Part shown: positions 57,942 through 64,000 of the stretch, in pieces
Layout: the number at the start of each line of letters is the position of its first letter
Numbering within the stretch: position 1 is the stretch's first letter
NCBI GenBank assembly: GCA_964016885.1
Contig: OZ024742.1
Coordinates: 281,604,001-281,668,000 of the forward strand
From: Eledone cirrhosa
Taxonomy: Eukaryota
DNA length: 64,000 bases
Direction: 5' to 3'
Made by a program: the position numbers and the translations under genes
Notes under the pieces: generated by a model
Told to the model about the DNA's origin: nothing
What the model saw: only the letters and a program-made list of their open reading frames with translations
The model's database searches: none

Positions 57942-58053
57942 TATATAAGTATTGAAGTTTCTGTTGAAAATTGAAAAAGTCATAGGAGTGAAGATTGCTC
58001 TATGTAAGTACCAGATATAAATTTAATGTATAATAAACAATACAATATAATTA

Positions 58054-58121
58054 CCTCATTACCAGAGGTTTCCCGAATAGGACGAATACGAAAAACGTCC
58101 TCATTCGTTCATCGGACAAGG
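58054..58121 (-). ncRNA. Type I hammerhead ribozyme with a U4C core substitution
   Basis: ccttgt-CCGATGA-aCGAATgAGGACG..CGTCCTATTCGg-GAAA-CC-tct-GG-TA-atgagg; all three stems pair. Confidence 0.65.
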
Positions 58122-58171
58122 CAATTTAAAACATAGTGAAATATTTGAAAAATCTCCTCAAGAAAGGCAAG

Positions 58172-58208
<37 letters not shown>

Positions 58209-58429
58209 GTAGAACACTGTAAGGTAATATCCGTAGTGGTAGAGCACTCAGTCCAAGTTTGATAATCAGATCTAGTAGATAGTGTCTGCGTTAGTCATAC
58301 ATGGAGCATGCAAGTGTGTCTCATTTATATACGATTATTGTGTGGCAAGGTGTTACATGTAATGCAATAAAAGAAAGATTAATACTTACTTTCAACAAAC
58401 TAAAACACAGCAGGGGGTAAACTTTCAAA

Positions 58430-59019
58430 ACAACGTAATATCTGCAAACCCTGATATCAATAGTAATAATAGTAATAACACTAATGAAATCAATAACATT
58501 GGGAGCGACAACCCCCATAGCCATAATGCAATACCTAGCAACCAGACTTCTACACAACATAATAACCGACAGGTTAACATCCAAAATAATTTTAACTGTA
58601 GATCTAATAGAACCTGCCCTTTAGGTAAAAACTGCTTAATCAAGGACATCATCTACTCATGCACGCTCAGAACTAGCAACTCTTCTGAAACCTATATAGG
58701 CTCTACTTTGAACTGCTTCAAAACCAGATACAATTCACAACTCCATTCTTTCAAAAAAAACAGTCTAGCCAACTCCACTTCACTATCTAGCTACATACAC
58801 TATCTGAAAACTAGAAATAAATCATATACACTTCAATGGTAAGTGATAGGTAAGGCGGCATCGTACAGACCACCTAATAAATTATGTGACCTCTGTCTAC
58901 TAGAGACCCATACTATAATCTTTTCGAACCTTAACCTCCTTAATAAAAAATCGGAAGTGTTTACGTCATGCCAGCACCGCTTCCGGCACTCCTTCCAAAA
59001 CTTTAAACCCAATATATAA
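58430..59019 (+). pseudogene. 5'-truncated Naiad-like Penelope GIY-YIG endonuclease remnant (element about 58205-60270 with inverted 5' arm)
   Basis: Hand translation: FNCRSNRTCPLGKNCLIKDIIY..TYIGST..FKTRYN..STSLS..LQW*..CDLCLLE..LLNKKSE..SCQH; 58257-58367 is the reverse complement of about 60131-60240. Confidence 0.85.
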
Positions 59020-60514
59020 CAATGTCACCGCTTCTAACACCACACTCTCTGATCGACACAAATCATCTGATCGACACCCTTCCCACGACACAAATCATTC
59101 TATCTATCTATAACTTTATACCCTAGAAATATCCCCATAAACACCAACTTTTAATATAATTATTTCCAATTACTTATAATTATATAGGGATAGAAATATA
59201 ATACAGTCTATATAAACTTTAAATCCTAGATACGGCAGTGAATTATATATGCAATTGTAATCAAATGTATGGAGTAATAACATTAGATATATATAGGATT
59301 AATTTATTAACATAAGGGATCTGTCTAACTTATATGTAGTGTGGTGCAATGAATTGTATATGAATTATATATGCATGTATAACTTGATGGATGGATTAAT
59401 GACATTGTAAATGAGGGATGTATTTGTCTACCCAAGAGATGTATTTGGTTTTGTCATGCAAACAGCCATACGCTGCTCCATAACTTACCAGGGGTTATGT
59501 AGACAAAATTCTAATAGGTCCTCTGATATGTTTTGAGAGTAGACTGTATTTACAGTGAACTTTGATATAAAGATATGGCACTTTGTATGGGAAATTCAAT
59601 TAAAGCACTATATAATAACGAGTAACTTCCTATAGATACCTGTAATATATTATGATAGAGTAGACTGTATTTAAAATTGAAAATTAGATATAAATATATA
59701 ACTTTTTATATAAGGGACTCAATTGAGGCACCATATAATGTATGTTAGAACAATGAATTTAGTTATGAGAATCAGCTAGTTACCTCCCCTTACGCATTAA
59801 CTCCCCTTAATTACACACCTACTTCCGAGTAATAAACCACTGTAAATTCTCGCAGCGGAAAGAACCTATTCTATAAATATGGATTAAATAACATTGAGCC
59901 TCAATACGCTACAATAATTTAATGCATCAAACATTCAATACGGAATCATCGTAACTTATGTGATGGATGTAAAAACGATATCTTACTTTTTCTGAATGTG
60001 AAAATGGTGGAGGATGCGAAAACTATAACTTTCTTTTTCTTTTTCTGCACACATACTTTTTTTATCTATACAAAAAATACCCTACCACTACAACCATCAT
60101 AATACTCTTGCTTACCCGCTTAAAGTGCTTGCATTACATGTAACACCTTGACACACAATAATCTTATATAAATGAGACACACTTGCATGTTACATGTGTG
60201 ACTAACGCATACACTATCTACTAGATCTGATTATCAAACTATCCCCTTACATTATCTGTGTTATCTGCCGCATGTATTTTAATTTTAATTTTAATTTTGA
60301 TTTTAAATTTGAATTGCTGTACAAATATAGTATAGTATAATATATGTCACTCCAATGTACATCAATATATATATATGTGTATCTGTATGTCTCCTGCGTT
60401 GGATAGGAAGTCAATTATATGTACAAACATTGAAAAATGGTCCGAACACCCCAAGCCTAGGTTTGGATGAAACAATTGTAAGTGAATAAATGCTTTGAAC
60501 ATAGCTTTGATTCT

Positions 60515-60605
<91 letters not shown>

Positions 60606-60631
60606 GAAATAAAATTTCTTTTTTTTCCATT

Positions 60632-60671
<40 letters not shown>

Positions 60672-60774
60672 CGTGTGTGTGTGTGTGTTTGAAGTGTATG
60701 TCTCAATATTTGTTATTTTTGTAGTGCAGATCTCTCCTCCCTCTCTCTCGTTATCTCTCTCTCTTCTAATCCCA

Positions 60775-60807
<33 letters not shown>

Positions 60808-60894
60808 CAAACGTGTTGCAATTCCTACTTTCCAGACCAAAATTACCCAAGAGGCGTTATCTCACATTTCCACTTTTGTTTTGTTGTAATCCCC

Positions 60895-60920
60895 CTCCCT
60901 CCTCCTCCTCCTCCTCCTCC

Positions 60921-60990
<70 letters not shown>

Positions 60991-61006
60991 TATTACTATT
61001 ATTATT
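60895..61006. repeat. (CCT)n(CAT)n(TAT)n compound microsatellite
   Basis: Direct read. Confidence 0.95.
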
Positions 61007-61009
61007 AAG

Positions 61010-61196
61010 GGTGGTGGATTGGCAGTATCGGTAGAGGGTTGGACGCCATGCTTTGACGCATAGAGTTACGGCCCTTGCCATTCTGAATTCAAATCCCGCC
61101 GAGGTCAACTTTGCCTTTCATCCTTACGAGGTCGATAAAATAAAGTACCAGTAATACACTGGGTAATTGCTGGCCTTGTGCCAAAAGTAGAAACAA
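61010..61196 (+). mobile_element. Nin/Deu SINE inserted in (ATT)n
   Basis: Full copy with boxes A and B. Confidence 0.9.
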
Positions 61197-61198
61197 TT

Positions 61199-61244
<46 letters not shown>

Positions 61245-62246
61245 GAGCGTTGTTCTTTTAATTTGATCTTCTTGATCCTAGATGTAATGATGTCACTTCA
61301 CCGTCGCCTTCGCCTTCGCCGTTGACACTGCCATCCGTTAGTTAACTGCTAGCGTCAAGAGGAGATGCAGTTATAATATTAATGACCAACACTGAAGTGA
61401 ATATTTGCTTAATAGGAGAGGGTGGAGAGAAAATTAATAGTTCAGTGACAAGATGGTTACCGAGGTAAAGGTGTGATTTGAGTGAGATGGAGAGAGTTAA
61501 TGACTTTCACCTAATATGCTTGCAGAAGGAGTTTAGAGTGACGCTTTGTAGAAATTAATTTATATGTGTCTACTGCAAGAAAGGACGGGATTTCAGTCTT
61601 CCATTTGTAGCTTTCAAGTAATGAGCGTTAGATGTGAATTTGTTAAAATTTAGAAGGTAGATTGGGTTATGTATGTACGTAACTATATTTATACGTGATT
61701 CCGCACGTATATATGTAAGCGTATGTGTATCCATCTTTCTATCTCTCTCTCTCTATATATATATATGTGTGTGTGTGTGCGTATACATGTGTATGTGTGA
61801 ATGTGTGTGTTTGTGAGTGCGTCTGTATTTATCTATCTATTTATCAACTGTGCTATCTATCTTCTAGTAAATCCACTAAATGCAATCGAGATTAATTTAT
61901 GGAACGTAACACTTACAATCTCTAATGAAGAATGTTATTTACTCTCCTGCAAAGACAGAGACACCGTTTCGACGTTCACACTCAGTGAAACATCGAGGAT
62001 GATACGGGTGGAGAAAAGAGAGAGAGAGAGGGGGAGATAGATAGAGACAGACAGACAGAGAGAGACAGAGAGAGAAAGTGAGATGGAGAGCAAAAGTGAG
62101 GAAGAGATACAGCGAAAGAGAAAGTGGACTAGACCTGTTGCATTCGTTTTTAAATCATCGTGTTGATTTCAAACAAGACACTACGGCTTAATACGGGATG
62201 TTTGATTTCAAACAAATACAACTATGCTAGTCCATTATTAGACATC

Positions 62247-62428
62247 GGTGGATTGGCAGTATCGGTAGAGGGTCGGACGCCATGCTTTGCAGCATAGTTA
62301 CGTCCCTTTATGATCTGAGTTCAAACCCCGCCGAGGTTGACTTTGCCTTTCATCCTTACGGCGTCGATGAAATAAAGTACCAGTAATGCACTGGGTAATT
62401 GCTGGCCTTGTGCCTAAAGTAGAAAGAA
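62247..62428 (+). mobile_element. Nin/Deu SINE with TSD attattagacatc
   Basis: Full copy; attattagacatc present on both sides. Confidence 0.9.
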
Positions 62429-62725
62429 TTATTAGACATCTTAACAGGAATAAACATGCACGGTCTCAAGTAGTAAAAGTCCCTTCTTTCCTGTTGTCCA
62501 CTTTCGTTACAGTTCAGAAGATGCTTATAAGTGAAATGCTATGTGTTAAGAGCAATAAGACCATTATTCAACTTTGTACTCCACACCTAGGTAATATAGA
62601 GTTTGAACATTATTATAGGATAGAATGACCATTATACCTTATAGAATATATATATATATATATATATACAAAGGAATCGTAAAAGACTATTTCGAGTTTA
62701 TAACTCAATATTTTATATATATATA

Positions 62726-62986
62726 TATAAGTATGTACACGTACATACATATATGTATACAGACGTACAGTAGTATGTATATATATATATACATACATGC
62801 ACACATATATATATGTACGTATGGATTCACCGAACATTTATTATAATGCTCGGTGTGTTTGTAAACAAACATCCCGTATTAAGCCGTATGTATATATATA
62901 TATATATATATATGTATACATATATATGTATGTATACATACATATATATATATATATGTATGTATACATACATATATATATATACC

Positions 62987-63041
<55 letters not shown>

Positions 63042-63584
63042 ATATATATACATACTACTGTACGTCTGTATACATATATGTATGTACGTATACATACTTA
63101 TATTTAAGTAACAGACGTACTAAGAGTGAGAAATGAAATTTCGTTTCATTTTTTCCGTTTATCCTTTTCAGTGCACCCGGCCGATTAACCCACTCGATAT
63201 GCAAATTGGGCTACTCAGCCGTTAATATGCATAAGATAAGTATATACGTTCAACAATCTGGCAGAAAGGTATACGTTGCTGACGATAGCTAATAAGCTTG
63301 AAACTAGTACAGCGTTCCTTTGTCAGTGTTGAACAAACGAGCAACGATGGTTGCTAGACACTACGGCTTAATACGGGATGTTTGTTTACAAACACACCAA
63401 GCATTATAATAAATGTTCGGTGAATCCATACGTACATATATATATGTGTGTGCATGTATGTATATATATATACATACTACTGTACGCATGTATACATATA
63501 TGTATGTACGTGTACATACTTATATTTAAGTAACAGCCGTACTAAGCGTGGGAAATGAAATTTCGTTTCATTTTTTCCGTTTAT
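62726..63584 (+). mobile_element. Retrozyme/pLTR-like element: inverted 5' arm (62726-62888) plus head-to-tail partial tandem (period about 423 bp) ending in (TA)n
   Basis: The terminus gaaatgaaatttcgtttcattttttccgtttat occurs at about 63130-63162 and 63552-63584; same family as 25616-26314. Confidence 0.78.
63273..63315 (+). ncRNA. Complete minimal type I hammerhead ribozyme
   Basis: ACGTTG-CTGACGA-tAGCTaataAGCTt-GAAA-CTAG-TA-CAGCGT: 6-bp stem I, palindromic stem III, GUA site. Confidence 0.85.
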
Positions 63585-64000
63585 ATATATATATATATAT
63601 ATATATAATACAAATATATATATATATATACAAATGGAAGTTTAGTAAAATCTAAGTTTTTGGCTGTGGCCAAGCTATCGATAAACAATCAGGAATGTGC
63701 AGTAAAGCACACGAAAAGGTTGTGCCACTTAGAGTATTAACATACGTTAGAAAACTTGACAAATTGAAGACTGCGACCCGTTACCCAGCCACACGAACCA
63801 AAGCAACGAGAAAACCAACTCAGATATATAATATATAATATATATATATATGATTTTTAATGCGATGAAATACCAATGATCGTTGGCAAATCACTGATGA
63901 GGGACTCATTTTATAACATGCAATCCATGTGCAACCATGCAGTATTCTTCTCCCCATATTTTTCATATATATATATATATATATATATGCTATGTTGGCG

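Noticed and set aside
60400-61460. Plus-strand exon candidates near 60406-60477, 60836 and 61281
   Set aside because: Weak or unpaired splice signals and no recognisable peptide.

Overview
Eukaryotic, repeat-saturated, AT-rich window with no complete host gene. Abundant (TA)n/(CA)n/(GA)n/(ACC)n microsatellites and about 20 copies of a tRNA-derived Nin/Deu-domain SINE suggest a cephalopod (octopus-like) genome; this is inference. Nearly all short ORFs in the track are microsatellite translations. The real coding content is transposon-derived: a near-intact Penelope-like retroelement (RT + GIY-YIG, Naiad-like; 19903-22121, minus, one frameshift), a second Naiad-like GIY-YIG remnant missing from the ORF track (58430-59019), a decayed RepHel Helitron with a canonical 3' hairpin-CTAG (ends 10489), and Tx1/L1, RTE and R4/Dong-like LINE fragments. 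The most striking unannotated signal is at least a dozen type I hammerhead ribozyme motifs. They are carried by short, often palindromic or tandem, Penelope-pLTR/retrozyme-like elements lying mostly next to (TA)n tracts. A few weak candidate exons suggest the window may be intronic or 3' sequence of a minus-strand host gene. Coordinates of decayed repeats are approximate, read by eye.
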